DNA from: Bacillales bacterium UBA3620
GTDB lineage: Bacteria > Bacillota_I > Bacilli_A > RF39 > UBA660
DNA: 58,383 nucleotides
Reading direction: 5' to 3'
Assembly: GCA_002375205.1 (NCBI GenBank)
Contig: DFLL01000040.1
Span: 1 to 58,383 of the forward strand
Both the position numbers and the translations under genes were made by a program. Under the pieces are notes generated by a model, which saw only the letters and a program-made list of their open reading frames with translations, made no database searches and was not told where the DNA came from. Positions 9,930 to 18,969 of the stretch are shown here, one piece after another. Position 1 is the first letter of the stretch. Every line of letters starts with the position of its first letter.

Positions 9930-10853
9930 TCACCTACTTATTATTTCTATATAATTTTGTGGAAAGCCCATTCTGTCTAAAATTTTATTTATAGAAATAG
10001 AATCAACTTTTCCATCCAGCAATTCTATTTCATATTCTATTTCTTTCATCATTAATCTAAAATTTTTCTTATTTAACAATATTTTAAATATTATTATTAT
10101 TGAAAACGAATCATTTTTTCCATAAATGTATTCACCATCCATTTTAGGAATATTCATTATTTCGTGATAATTTGTATCAGGAATTACTCTTTCAGTTCTA
10201 TGTTCATAAACAATTTCTTCGTGTGCACACAAATTTCTATAATTCGATAATAGTATTAGTATATCGCTTAATACTTTGGGTGTAGTTCCAAAAACATTTG
10301 CAATTTCTACTTGGTCTTCTGTTTTTAGTATCGTAAAAAGTTCACAAACTATACCAAATGATAGTACCTTTACTGAAACCCATAAAGGAATATAACCATA
10401 ATTAGTTATATAATGCATAGTAGCATTGTGTGTAGTAGAATTTATTCTTATCTGCCTTTTCATCTTTTCTAATAAATCCTTTACCCTTCTTGTTTTTTCG
10501 TGATCTTGAGTAAAATTTTTAGGATTTAAATAATCATTTTCTTTGTAACCATATTTTTTTGATAGTTGATATGATATAACTGATTTTAATTCATTTTCAA
10601 TTATAAATATGTTTTTTAATAATATGTTTCTAAAGTTTCTATCGAATGTAAATAGTGCATATAATTCATCAAAAGTTACACCTGGTATAAATTTTTTTTC
10701 TTTGTTTTTTATAAAGAGTGTTCTATAGCCCATCAGGAAGAAATAATTTTCTCTCAATAATATTTCTTTAGCAAATTCTACATCTTCAATAATTAAATTC
10801 TTATCTTTTAGTATTTGGATTTGCTCATCTATTGTTTTAAAAGTTTTTTCCAT
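9930..10853 (-). CDS. Abi_2 (AbiD/AbiF-like) abortive-infection family protein
   Basis: The N-terminus (IDEQIQILKDKNLIIED...ILLRENYFFLMGY) and the internal NLCAH motif match my memory of the Abi_2 family layout. Confidence 0.7.
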   Translation of the reverse strand: MEKTFKTIDEQIQILKDKNLIIEDVEFAKEILLRENYFFLMGYRTLFIKNKEKKFIPGVTFDELYALFTFDRNFRNILLKNIFIIENELKSVISYQLSKKYGYKENDYLNPKNFTQDHEKTRRVKDLLEKMKRQIRINSTTHNATMHYITNYGYIPLWVSVKVLSFGIVCELFTILKTEDQVEIANVFGTTPKVLSDILILLSNYRNLCAHEEIVYEHRTERVIPDTNYHEIMNIPKMDGEYIYGKNDSFSIIIIFKILLNKKNFRLMMKEIEYEIELLDGKVDSISINKILDRMGFPQNYIEIISR

Positions 10854-10953
10854 AGTATCACACTCATTATTCTCATTAAATTATATCACAAAACAGATAA
10901 AATTGATACACTTTTTTTCTCATTTTTTGATATAATGTAATAGAGGTGATTTT

Positions 10954-11940
10954 GTGCCTAGTTCTGTTACACACAATTTTTTTAGTGCTGATGTCTATAA
11001 AAAATTAAATATTAATATTAAAGAATTAATAAAGCCATGTTATGATCAATATAAAATTTTTGCTCAAGGCCCGGACCCATACTTCTTTTTTGATTTTCAT
11101 TTAACTAAAAAATCAAAGGATGTAAATAAAATAAATATTGCTATGCAACATTCGCTAGTTAATAAACATTTTGTCTCTTTAATTAATTATATTAATGATA
11201 ATAATTATTATTCCGATTCAATGGTAATGTCATATTTATATGGACAAGTTTGTCACTACGTATTAGATACTACTTGCCATCCATTTATTATTTATTATAC
11301 TGGTATATATGACTCTAATAAACCAAATACATATAAATATAATGGCTTGCATGAGGAAATGGAATACTATATAGACTGCTATCTCATAAATAAGCGTGAA
11401 AAGATTCTTCCTAAAAAATATAAATCGTATCGTGAACTATTTAATAACATTTACTTTACTGATTCACTTAAAGATGTTATTGATAATGTTATGTCTGATG
11501 TTTATGGGTTTGATAATGTCAGTGAAATTTATTTAAAATCTTTATTTGATATGAAACATTTTTATAGGATATTTAATTATGATAGATTTGGAATTAAAAA
11601 AGTAATATATTGTGTAATGGACAAAATCTGTGGAAGCAAATTTGTAAGAAAAAAAGAACTTTCATTTCATATTAAATCCGAATCAAAATTATTTTACCTT
11701 AATGAAAAAAAAGGAAAATGGTATCACCCTTGCGACAAAAATGAAAGTTATAATTACACTTTCACTGAGTTATATAATATTGCCATTAAAAAAGCTTTAA
11801 TTATTATTAATAATATCGATAATATGTTAAATAGCAAAATAATTAATAACAAAATAATAGAAGAGTTATTTAAGAATTTAGATTACGGTACAGGAAAAGA
11901 CTGTAGTTTAAATTTGAAGTATAAATTTTTTAAATTTTAA
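10954..11940 (+). CDS. zinc-dependent phospholipase C-like family protein
   Basis: The N-terminal signature VTHNFF...IFAQGPDPYFFF is typical of this family. It starts at a GTG after GAGGTGA. Confidence 0.55.
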   Translation: MPSSVTHNFFSADVYKKLNINIKELIKPCYDQYKIFAQGPDPYFFFDFHLTKKSKDVNKINIAMQHSLVNKHFVSLINYINDNNYYSDSMVMSYLYGQVCHYVLDTTCHPFIIYYTGIYDSNKPNTYKYNGLHEEMEYYIDCYLINKREKILPKKYKSYRELFNNIYFTDSLKDVIDNVMSDVYGFDNVSEIYLKSLFDMKHFYRIFNYDRFGIKKVIYCVMDKICGSKFVRKKELSFHIKSESKLFYLNEKKGKWYHPCDKNESYNYTFTELYNIAIKKALIIINNIDNMLNSKIINNKIIEELFKNLDYGTGKDCSLNLKYKFFKF

Positions 11941-11950
11941 AAGGAATATA

Positions 11951-12364
11951 TTATTGTAATTTAAAATATATTCCTTTTTTTATTAATAAATTTGATGATT
12001 TATGGTCTTTTGGTACATATCCCCTCTTCAATAGTTCTTCAATTACTATCATGTTATAATTAGCAGCAAACAAAATATTTGTTAGAATAATCAATAATAT
12101 TGTAGAAATAATACCCACTAATGGAGGTAATATAAAAAACATAATTAATATAGTCACAGCTATCTCAGTGAAAAAAATAACTGAGAACATTTTATAGTTT
12201 TTCTTTTTTAGCGGATAAAAGAACCCCATATAAATCATTTCTTTAATAAATCCATAGTCACATTCTGCTGTCGGATTATTGTCATCATATTTTAAATATA
12301 TTTTTTCCACAGCATCGCCTCTATTCTTCATTTTAATTATACTATATATTTGTTTATTTTTCAA
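11951..12364 (-). CDS. hypothetical membrane protein
   Basis: Two predicted TM helices (FSVIFFTEIAVTILIMFFILPPLVGIISTILLIILTNILF). Its start overlaps the end of the upstream gene. Confidence 0.5.
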   Translation of the reverse strand: MKNKQIYSIIKMKNRGDAVEKIYLKYDDNNPTAECDYGFIKEMIYMGFFYPLKKKNYKMFSVIFFTEIAVTILIMFFILPPLVGIISTILLIILTNILFAANYNMIVIEELLKRGYVPKDHKSSNLLIKKGIYFKLQ

Positions 12365-13023
12365 TTGTTTTGAAAATAAATTTCAATGGCATTAGAAATT
12401 AATGCTACTAGCCTATCCTGATATGCTGATTGTCTTAATAGATAATTATCGTTAGGATTAGATATGAATCCGGCTTCTATAAGAATTCCTGGATAGTTTA
12501 TATGTTTATACATATAATAACTATTATCTTTTTTTGTATTTCGAACATTTGACATATTATTCTTTAAATAATTAGTTATTATCTCTGCAATTATTTTATT
12601 TTGTTCATTTTTGTTTGTATAAAAAATTTGTAATCCTCTCCACGAAGGATTTGTTGTTGCATTTAAATGTATTGATATAAACATATCTGGTTTTATTTGA
12701 TTTATATATTTTGCTCGATTATATAAATCACTTTTTTTCCTTCCCGTAGTTGTTGTAGATAAATCATAATCATCTTCTCTTGTTTGATATACTATAGCCC
12801 CCCTTGATGTTAACTGTTTCTCTAATTTTTTAGATAAAATTAAATTTAAATCTTTTTCAACTATATTACTGTTTTTAGCACCTGTGTCTATTCCACCATG
12901 CCCGCTATCCAAACAAATTATTCTTCCCGTAAGACTATAACTATTTATCATTGCATTAACTTTTGAAAAACAAATTGTTAAAAGAAAAAAACATGTTAGT
13001 ATTAATAGTTTATATTTATTCAT
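12361..13023 (-). CDS. cwlD: N-acetylmuramoyl-L-alanine amidase (Amidase_3, CwlD-like)
   Basis: Motifs: DSGHGGIDTGA, ISIHLNA, ILIEAGFISNP. The size and signal anchor resemble the germination-specific CwlD. Confidence 0.75.
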   Translation of the reverse strand: MNKYKLLILTCFFLLTICFSKVNAMINSYSLTGRIICLDSGHGGIDTGAKNSNIVEKDLNLILSKKLEKQLTSRGAIVYQTREDDYDLSTTTTGRKKSDLYNRAKYINQIKPDMFISIHLNATTNPSWRGLQIFYTNKNEQNKIIAEIITNYLKNNMSNVRNTKKDNSYYMYKHINYPGILIEAGFISNPNDNYLLRQSAYQDRLVALISNAIEIYFQNN

Positions 13024-13052
13024 AATTCACCTATTAATATATATGTTTTTTT

Positions 13053-14705
13053 TTACTCAAAATAACTTTCTCCTATAAATTCTCTTAAAATAGAAGTTTT
13101 TGGGATGTATTCACTCGGCACAGGCAGAAAACACTTGAGTAATTCCAACAATCTTTGAGCAATCTGATATTCAGGATCATCCTCTTTTATCATATATAAA
13201 AGAGGCTCAGCATAAATTTTTAAGGTCCCTAACTCGTAAGCTAAACTTGAATTAAATATTATATTTGCATTATCTTGGTAAGGAAAGACATATTTTTCCT
13301 CTCCTGCTCGAACTTTATGCCAGTTTTTTAAAGTTTCCGATGGCGAATATCCTCTCATTCTATTGTCTCTTACTATTCTTCTTAAAAGTCTTAAATCTGT
13401 CATACTTATTCTATTGTCATTATCTATATTTAAATATGTTAGCGGACTAATATATATTTTAAATTTATTTTTTGATGGTATATTAGTTAATATGCTTTCA
13501 TTTAATGCATGTAATCCCTCTATAATTAATATATCATTTGCTTCGAGTTTAATAGATCTTTTATATTCTTTTTTCCCTGTTAGGAAATTAAAAGTAGGAA
13601 CAGTCACTTTATTTCCTTTTAATAGTTTGCTTATTTGGTTATCAAATAATTTTATATCAATAGCTCTTATTGATTCAAAGTCTGGTTTCCCATCAGCACC
13701 AACTGGGGTTTCTTCCCTTTCGTGAAAGTAGTCATCAATTGATAAATGATTTGGATTTAATCCTAAACTTTTTAAATATAGTGATAATTTCATTGCAGTA
13801 GTTGTCTTTCCGGAGCTTGAAGGCCCTGATAATAAAATTATTTTGTAATTATCTTTGTTTAGGACTATTTCTTCTGCTATATTTAGTAATTTATAGTTTT
13901 GCATTATTTCCGATAATTGTATTATTTCCTTAGGGCCATTATTTACTATAAAATCGTTTAACTCTCCTAAGTTAGTAACTTTTATTTTTTCTCCCCAATC
14001 AGAATATTCTTCTATGGTATTAAAATAATCGCAATGATGAATATATTTTACTATTTTTCCATTATCATAAATGGAAGGAAATCTAACTACTACACCTTTA
14101 TCTTTTATTAATGTTAAATCAAAGTATTTTAATACTCTAGTAGAAAGAGGTAAATCGCCTATTACGTAGTTATAATTATCTTCAAGGATGTGCAATGTAA
14201 CTAAATTGTCGGTATTATAAAACAAAGTTTTAACCTTATCTATCCTTTTTATACTTTTAAAATAGTCTAAGGCCTCTGATTTTGTTGTTTCGATTTTTTT
14301 AAATGGTATATCTCTTTTTATTTTTTCTTTCATCATTTTTTTTATTTTTATTATTTCTTCATCAGATATTTTTTTATCAATTTTACAATAAATTCCTTTA
14401 TCAATTGAATGCTTTACTATTATTTCTGTATCCTTGCCTAATATATCTAAAGCACACAATTGAAATAAATATAGTAATCCCCTTTCATATGCTTTATTAC
14501 CGATATTTGTACTAATATCATATAATGAAAGCCTTCCTTTTCTTTCAAAGGTAAAATCATCATCAATTATTTTACCATTGTATTTGACTACTATTACATC
14601 AAAGTCATCTTTGTTTTTTAATGTTTGCAATACTTCTTTTAATTTAATCCCTTTTATATATTCTCTTTCTTCTCCATTATCCATAATTAATTTAATTGTT
14701 TCCAT
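13053..14705 (-). CDS. uridine kinase/phosphoribulokinase-family nucleoside kinase with an N-terminal TGS-like region
   Basis: It has the P-loop LSGPSSSGKTTT and the downstream ILIIEGLH motif. The roughly 550-aa architecture is common in Firmicutes. Confidence 0.7.
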   Translation of the reverse strand: METIKLIMDNGEEREYIKGIKLKEVLQTLKNKDDFDVIVVKYNGKIIDDDFTFERKGRLSLYDISTNIGNKAYERGLLYLFQLCALDILGKDTEIIVKHSIDKGIYCKIDKKISDEEIIKIKKMMKEKIKRDIPFKKIETTKSEALDYFKSIKRIDKVKTLFYNTDNLVTLHILEDNYNYVIGDLPLSTRVLKYFDLTLIKDKGVVVRFPSIYDNGKIVKYIHHCDYFNTIEEYSDWGEKIKVTNLGELNDFIVNNGPKEIIQLSEIMQNYKLLNIAEEIVLNKDNYKIILLSGPSSSGKTTTAMKLSLYLKSLGLNPNHLSIDDYFHEREETPVGADGKPDFESIRAIDIKLFDNQISKLLKGNKVTVPTFNFLTGKKEYKRSIKLEANDILIIEGLHALNESILTNIPSKNKFKIYISPLTYLNIDNDNRISMTDLRLLRRIVRDNRMRGYSPSETLKNWHKVRAGEEKYVFPYQDNANIIFNSSLAYELGTLKIYAEPLLYMIKEDDPEYQIAQRLLELLKCFLPVPSEYIPKTSILREFIGESYFE

Positions 14706-14816
14706 TTATTGCCTCCCTTTTATTTAATTTTATTATAGCATATTGCGATTTTTTTGTCATTATTTTTTTTGTATAAAGATATTGTCTATATACTATACTA
14801 TTAATGGGTGAAAAAA

Positions 14817-15401
14817 ATGAATCTAATTCCAACAGTTATTGAAAAAAACGAGATGGGCGAAAGAGCTTATGATATATATTCTAGGCTTCTAAAAGATAGA
14901 ATAATTATTTTAAATGGGGAAATAAATGATGCAACGGCAAATAGTATTGTAGCGCAATTGTTATATTTGGATAGCCTCAATAATGATGATATAAGTTTGT
15001 ATATAAATTCTCCTGGTGGAAGTATTACTTCTGGTATGGCCATATATGATACAATGAATTTTATTAAAAGTGATGTATCCACTATTTGTATTGGTATGGC
15101 TGCTTCTATGGCTGCATTTCTTTTAGCAACAGGAGAATGGGGCAAAAGATTTATTCTTCCTAATGCCGAAGTAATGATACATCAACCACTTGGTGGAGCT
15201 CAAGGACAGGCAACTGATATTAAAATTGCAGCAGAAAGAATTTTAAGGTTAAAAAGAAAATTAAATATGATATTATCTGATAGAACTAAAAAGGACGTTA
15301 ATACCATTAATTCTGACACCGAGAGAGATTATTTTATGGATTGCCACGAAGCCTTAGATTATGGAATTGTTGATAAGATATTAAAAAAGAGTTCAAATTG
15401 A
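14817..15401 (+). CDS. clpP: ATP-dependent Clp protease proteolytic subunit
   Basis: Motifs: [18 protein letters not shown], the catalytic GMAASMAA and MIHQPLGG. I prefer the ATG at 14817. Confidence 0.95.
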   Translation: MNLIPTVIEKNEMGERAYDIYSRLLKDRIIILNGEINDATANSIVAQLLYLDSLNNDDISLYINSPGGSITSGMAIYDTMNFIKSDVSTICIGMAASMAAFLLATGEWGKRFILPNAEVMIHQPLGGAQGQATDIKIAAERILRLKRKLNMILSDRTKKDVNTINSDTERDYFMDCHEALDYGIVDKILKKSSN

Positions 15402-15410
15402 CCTCTTTTT

Positions 15411-16601
15411 TTATCTCAACTCACTATTACCCGTCTTTGTGTATCCCTCTACATAATTATCTGAAGACCACATTACATCTCTATTTTTAATAACATAACG
15501 ATAGTAAGCAATGGTTTCATAGTCACCTGATGGAGTAGAAGTTGTTATTTTATCAGATGCAAACTTAACATTTAATTTTAATGGTACATAATAAATATTA
15601 TTTTTATTACTATTGTATGATATAACATTTGAAGTATTAACTATAGTTATTTTTACATCAATATAAAATGTTCCTCTACGATAATATGGTGATAACTTAT
15701 AGGTGAAATTATTTGAGTTTAATGAATATTTTGAAATACTACTTGCAATACTATATTTTTCTTTATTCATTTCTGACTTATTTTCACTTATATAATTTTT
15801 TTCATCATTTTTATCAAAATATGCTACTTCTTTTAATTCAGAAAAATAATATTCTTTATTTGGAACCGTATTCAATTTTAAAGTATAAGTAATCTCATTA
15901 CCTTCTATAAAATCTGATGCTTTTATAACTCCTAATGTATAATATGTACTACTGGCAATTCCATAATATTCATATCTATTTTCTATATTATTTCCTGTCA
16001 CATTACCTTTATTCCATTTTGTATAACTAACTGTTTCTTTGACATACTCATAATATTTTGTTTTTTCATACGTGTCATTTGAATTATTACTTGATGAATT
16101 ATTATTGCTCTTTTCATTTAAATTATTATTATCTTTTTTGTTATTTTTTGAACTGCTTTTTTCATCTTTTTGTTTTTTTTCTTCCACACAATTTTTACAA
16201 TCTTTAAATAAAAATTTCTTTTTAATAGTATTTTCTTCTTGACCACATTTTAATGTCGTTGTTAATGTATAGTCACTTTTATTTCTAGTAATCTTTGAAA
16301 AGCTCTTTTTAATATCACAATTATTCTTTTTGTCTTCTGCAGATGATACTATTAAACCTTTGTCAATCATTTCTCCTAGTGTTACTTTTAGACTTTTCCC
16401 TTTTTCTAAAGGCAAATCAATTTCTTTATAATAGTTAGTTGCGACTGTTTCCATATTATTAATGTTATTTTTAAATGTGTCGGATAATTTTGTTCTTAAT
16501 GCTATTTTTGAAACTAACCAAATAATAATTAAAACAAAAACAAATATTATTATTATTTTAATAAATAGACCTAGCCAATTAATTTTTCTTTCTTTTTCCA
16601 T
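15411..16601 (-). CDS. membrane-anchored hypothetical protein with an N/S/K-rich linker
   Basis: It has a single N-terminal TM segment, a low-complexity stretch (KNNKKDNNNLNEKSNNNSSSNNSN) and a C-terminal beta-rich region. Confidence 0.5.
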   Translation of the reverse strand: MEKERKINWLGLFIKIIIIFVFVLIIIWLVSKIALRTKLSDTFKNNINNMETVATNYYKEIDLPLEKGKSLKVTLGEMIDKGLIVSSAEDKKNNCDIKKSFSKITRNKSDYTLTTTLKCGQEENTIKKKFLFKDCKNCVEEKKQKDEKSSSKNNKKDNNNLNEKSNNNSSSNNSNDTYEKTKYYEYVKETVSYTKWNKGNVTGNNIENRYEYYGIASSTYYTLGVIKASDFIEGNEITYTLKLNTVPNKEYYFSELKEVAYFDKNDEKNYISENKSEMNKEKYSIASSISKYSLNSNNFTYKLSPYYRRGTFYIDVKITIVNTSNVISYNSNKNNIYYVPLKLNVKFASDKITTSTPSGDYETIAYYRYVIKNRDVMWSSDNYVEGYTKTGNSELR

Positions 16602-16795
16602 AAAAACCTCCCTTTGGAGATAAATATTAACTGCCTTCTACAAGACAAATTATTAAGCAAAGAATTATTAATGAAAGTATAATTATTATATATTTTATCA
16701 ATCTTTCTATCTCTAATATAATGCTCATAATTTTCTTTTCTTCCGGCATAAAATATCTTCCCCTAAAATTGGCACTTATTATAGCATAGTAGTAA

Positions 16796-17059
16796 TTACT
16801 TGTCAAGTATTAAATAGACAATTGTGCATCCGTCATTATTATTATCTGTATGATATTTTAATACTTCTTTTCTTTTCTGTAATGTACTGTGCACTATTCT
16901 TTTTATCGTTCCAGTACCTTTCCCGTGTACTATTAATATTTTAGAATTTCCTAAAATTAAGTTTTCATTTAAAAAATCATTTGTAGCTACATAAGCACTC
17001 TGTGAATCAAATCCGTGTAGATCAATTCTGGGTAATCCCTTTAAAAATACATCTTCCAT
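16796..17059 (-). CDS. Smr-domain protein
   Basis: Smr motifs are present: IDLHG...VHGKGTGTIKRIVHSTL. Confidence 0.8.
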   Translation of the reverse strand: MEDVFLKGLPRIDLHGFDSQSAYVATNDFLNENLILGNSKILIVHGKGTGTIKRIVHSTLQKRKEVLKYHTDNNNDGCTIVYLILDK

Positions 17060-17065
17060 CTAAAT

Positions 17066-17094
17066 GTCGAGTAGATAATTCTCGACTCCACCTC
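17066..17094 (-). promoter_or_regulatory. SD (GAGGUGGA) followed directly by a 6-bp hairpin, placed between the SD and the AUG of the Smr gene
   Basis: The minus-strand RNA reads GAGGUGGA-GUCGAG-AAUUAUCUA-CUCGAC-AUUUAG-AUG. An in-frame TAG directly precedes the AUG, so the ORF cannot start further upstream. Confidence 0.55.
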
Positions 17095-17326
17095 TCTTTC
17101 TTGTGAAAGGTTTTGACTAATTACCCCTCACAGAATTACAGTGCTAACATCTTAGGAAAAAGCACCGTAGTTCGTTATTAATGAATTATAAATTGCATTA
17201 AATGTTTGTTACATATTTTTTATTATAGCATATAATTAATTTCTTTATCATTTATTTTTACAAAAAATTATTGTTAGAAATATGTAGCCATGATTCCAAC
17301 TTGTTTTTTTATTATTAATGATTAGA

Positions 17327-18565
17327 TTACTTTTCAATAGGTAATTTAATTTTTACAGTAGTTCCTTTATTTAATACTGAGTCATAAATAAGTGTTCCTC
17401 CATGGGCTTCAATTATTTCATTTGACAAAGCCACTCCCAAGCCAGTACCAGATGGCTTTGTTGTATAAAACATTTCTTTTACTTTTATTAGTGTATCACT
17501 AGACATTCCTATTCCATCATCTACTACAATTATTTCAATATAATTTGCTATTTTTTTTGTTTCTATTTTTATTGTCCCATTTTTTTCGATTGCTTCAGCA
17601 CTATTTTTTAAAATATTAACCAATACTTGTTTTAATCTGTCATAATCACCATTTATAAAGATGTTATTATTAGAATTATTATATAATATTTTTATTCCTC
17701 TAGTTTTACATATCATATTAAATGATTCATGTGTATCTTCTAACAAATCATTAATGCTTATTTTTTCTTTACTTATTTTTATTTTATTGAATTGAATAAA
17801 ATCTGTCATTATATTTAAACTTCTATCTATTTCTTCTTGCATTATTCTTATATATTTTTCTGATTTTTCCCTTTTATTTAAATCCATTATTTCTAAATAC
17901 CCTTTACATACCGCTAATGGATTTTTTATTTCATGTGTTAATTTAAACAATGCATTTTTCATTTTTTTATCTTTTTCTAATGATTTTATGGTAAAATTCA
18001 GTTTTTGTACCTTTTCTATTGTTTTAAATATATAGACTATAAAAAAAGTTATAGTATGATAAATAAATACTAATATTATTAATATAATAACATCATTTAT
18101 AGTTGCACCTGTTTCTAAAAAGAAATATTCAAAAGATAGAAAAAAGCCCTGAAGTACCGCTGTTGATAAAATAAAGTTATTTATCGATAATTTTTTTTTA
18201 TTTGCAAATAGATATAGTACGAAATATGAGAAATACTTTATGAAAGTTACTGCTAATAATAATTCTGAAATTTGATAGCAATAGATTATATTAATAAGAG
18301 ATAAAGAAAAGGCAAAAAAAGGTTTTTTCTTTATAAAAGATATAACAATTGGGATATTACAAAACAATAATATTTTATTGTTTGAAGTAATTATTCCAAA
18401 TCTCAGGCATAAATATAGTGATGTAAGTAATGCTAATTTTAATATTGAATCATTGCAGTTTTTTGAAATATTATCTTTGTATATGCTAAGTAAAAGATAT
18501 AACAATAATGGAAACGTTATAAATATTATATTTAATATGATATCTTTAAAAATTGTTATTTCCAT
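17327..18565 (-). CDS. orphan membrane sensor histidine kinase
   Basis: It has about six N-terminal TM helices, the HisKA H-box LTHEIKNPLA and the HATPase N/G boxes (NILKNSAEA, DDGIGM, GTGLGVA). No adjacent response regulator is present. Confidence 0.85.
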   Translation of the reverse strand: MEITIFKDIILNIIFITFPLLLYLLLSIYKDNISKNCNDSILKLALLTSLYLCLRFGIITSNNKILLFCNIPIVISFIKKKPFFAFSLSLINIIYCYQISELLLAVTFIKYFSYFVLYLFANKKKLSINNFILSTAVLQGFFLSFEYFFLETGATINDVIILIILVFIYHTITFFIVYIFKTIEKVQKLNFTIKSLEKDKKMKNALFKLTHEIKNPLAVCKGYLEIMDLNKREKSEKYIRIMQEEIDRSLNIMTDFIQFNKIKISKEKISINDLLEDTHESFNMICKTRGIKILYNNSNNNIFINGDYDRLKQVLVNILKNSAEAIEKNGTIKIETKKIANYIEIIVVDDGIGMSSDTLIKVKEMFYTTKPSGTGLGVALSNEIIEAHGGTLIYDSVLNKGTTVKIKLPIEK

Positions 18566-18608
18566 CTAAAAATCACCTCTTTCTAGAGATAATTATATAT
18601 GTTTATTT

Positions 18609-18635
18609 TGTCGATTTTTGTCGATTTTTGTCGAA
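18609..18635. promoter_or_regulatory. three tandem Spo0A-box-like heptamers at a 10-bp period (TGTCGAT, TGTCGAT, TGTCGAA)
   Basis: The sequence TTTTGTCGATTTTTGTCGATTTTTGTCGAAAAA lies immediately upstream of the -10 (TATAAT on the minus strand) of the kinase gene that starts at 18565. Confidence 0.55.
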
Positions 18636-18654
18636 AAAAATAACATTTTAAATG

Positions 18655-18969
18655 TTATTTTATATCATCAATATATTTCTTTATTTTTTTCGTATCCTGC
18701 CCAAGTATTATTTTTAACTGATCCTCATATTCAACTACACCTTTTGCGCCTAATTTTAATATTCCTTCTTTATTAGCTTTTGTTACATCCTTAAGTGTAA
18801 CCTTAAATCTTGACATTTCAGCCTCAGTATCAAGAATATTTTCTTTTCCTCCTAGCAATTCCACTAATTTATTTAATTCTATTTTTACATCTTTCTTACT
18901 CATTTTAATTATAGCTAGCGCAATAAAAACAAGCACTAAAATTATTATTATATACTGATATAATTCCAT
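18655..18969 (-). CDS. membrane-anchored PTS EIIB-like domain protein lacking the phospho-Cys
   Basis: An N-terminal TM segment is followed by LGGKENILD...MSRFKVTLKD...GAKGVV, which resembles the glucose-family EIIB fold. The CxTR cysteine position reads E-M-S-R. Confidence 0.55.
   Translation of the reverse strand: MELYQYIIIILVLVFIALAIIKMSKKDVKIELNKLVELLGGKENILDTEAEMSRFKVTLKDVTKANKEGILKLGAKGVVEYEDQLKIILGQDTKKIKKYIDDIK

Noticed and set aside
13265-13725. Plus-strand ORFs (61 and 120 aa) inside the uridine-kinase-family gene
   Set aside because: They are antisense to a gene with clear motifs and are low-complexity. Other short antisense track ORFs are rejected for the same reason: 1731-1919, 2061-2306, 5171-5386, 7976-8203, 8858-9070, 9788-9994, 14303-14515, 14867-15145, 18378-18569, 21144-21344, 21850-22050, 22319-22597, 24221-24406, 25221-25406, 25800-26114, 26181-26426, 28014-28199, 28450-28641, 37525-37737, 37707-37955, 38947-39165, 40637-40822, 41453-41689, 43607-43822, 45551-45763, 47873-48124, 49161-49361, 49613-49810, 55065-55370 and 56965-57156.
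14706-14816. A CtsR operator upstream of clpP
   Set aside because: I looked for the GGTCAAA-NAN-GGTCAAA direct repeat or its complement. Only weak TTTGTCA/TTTGTAT resemblance is present.
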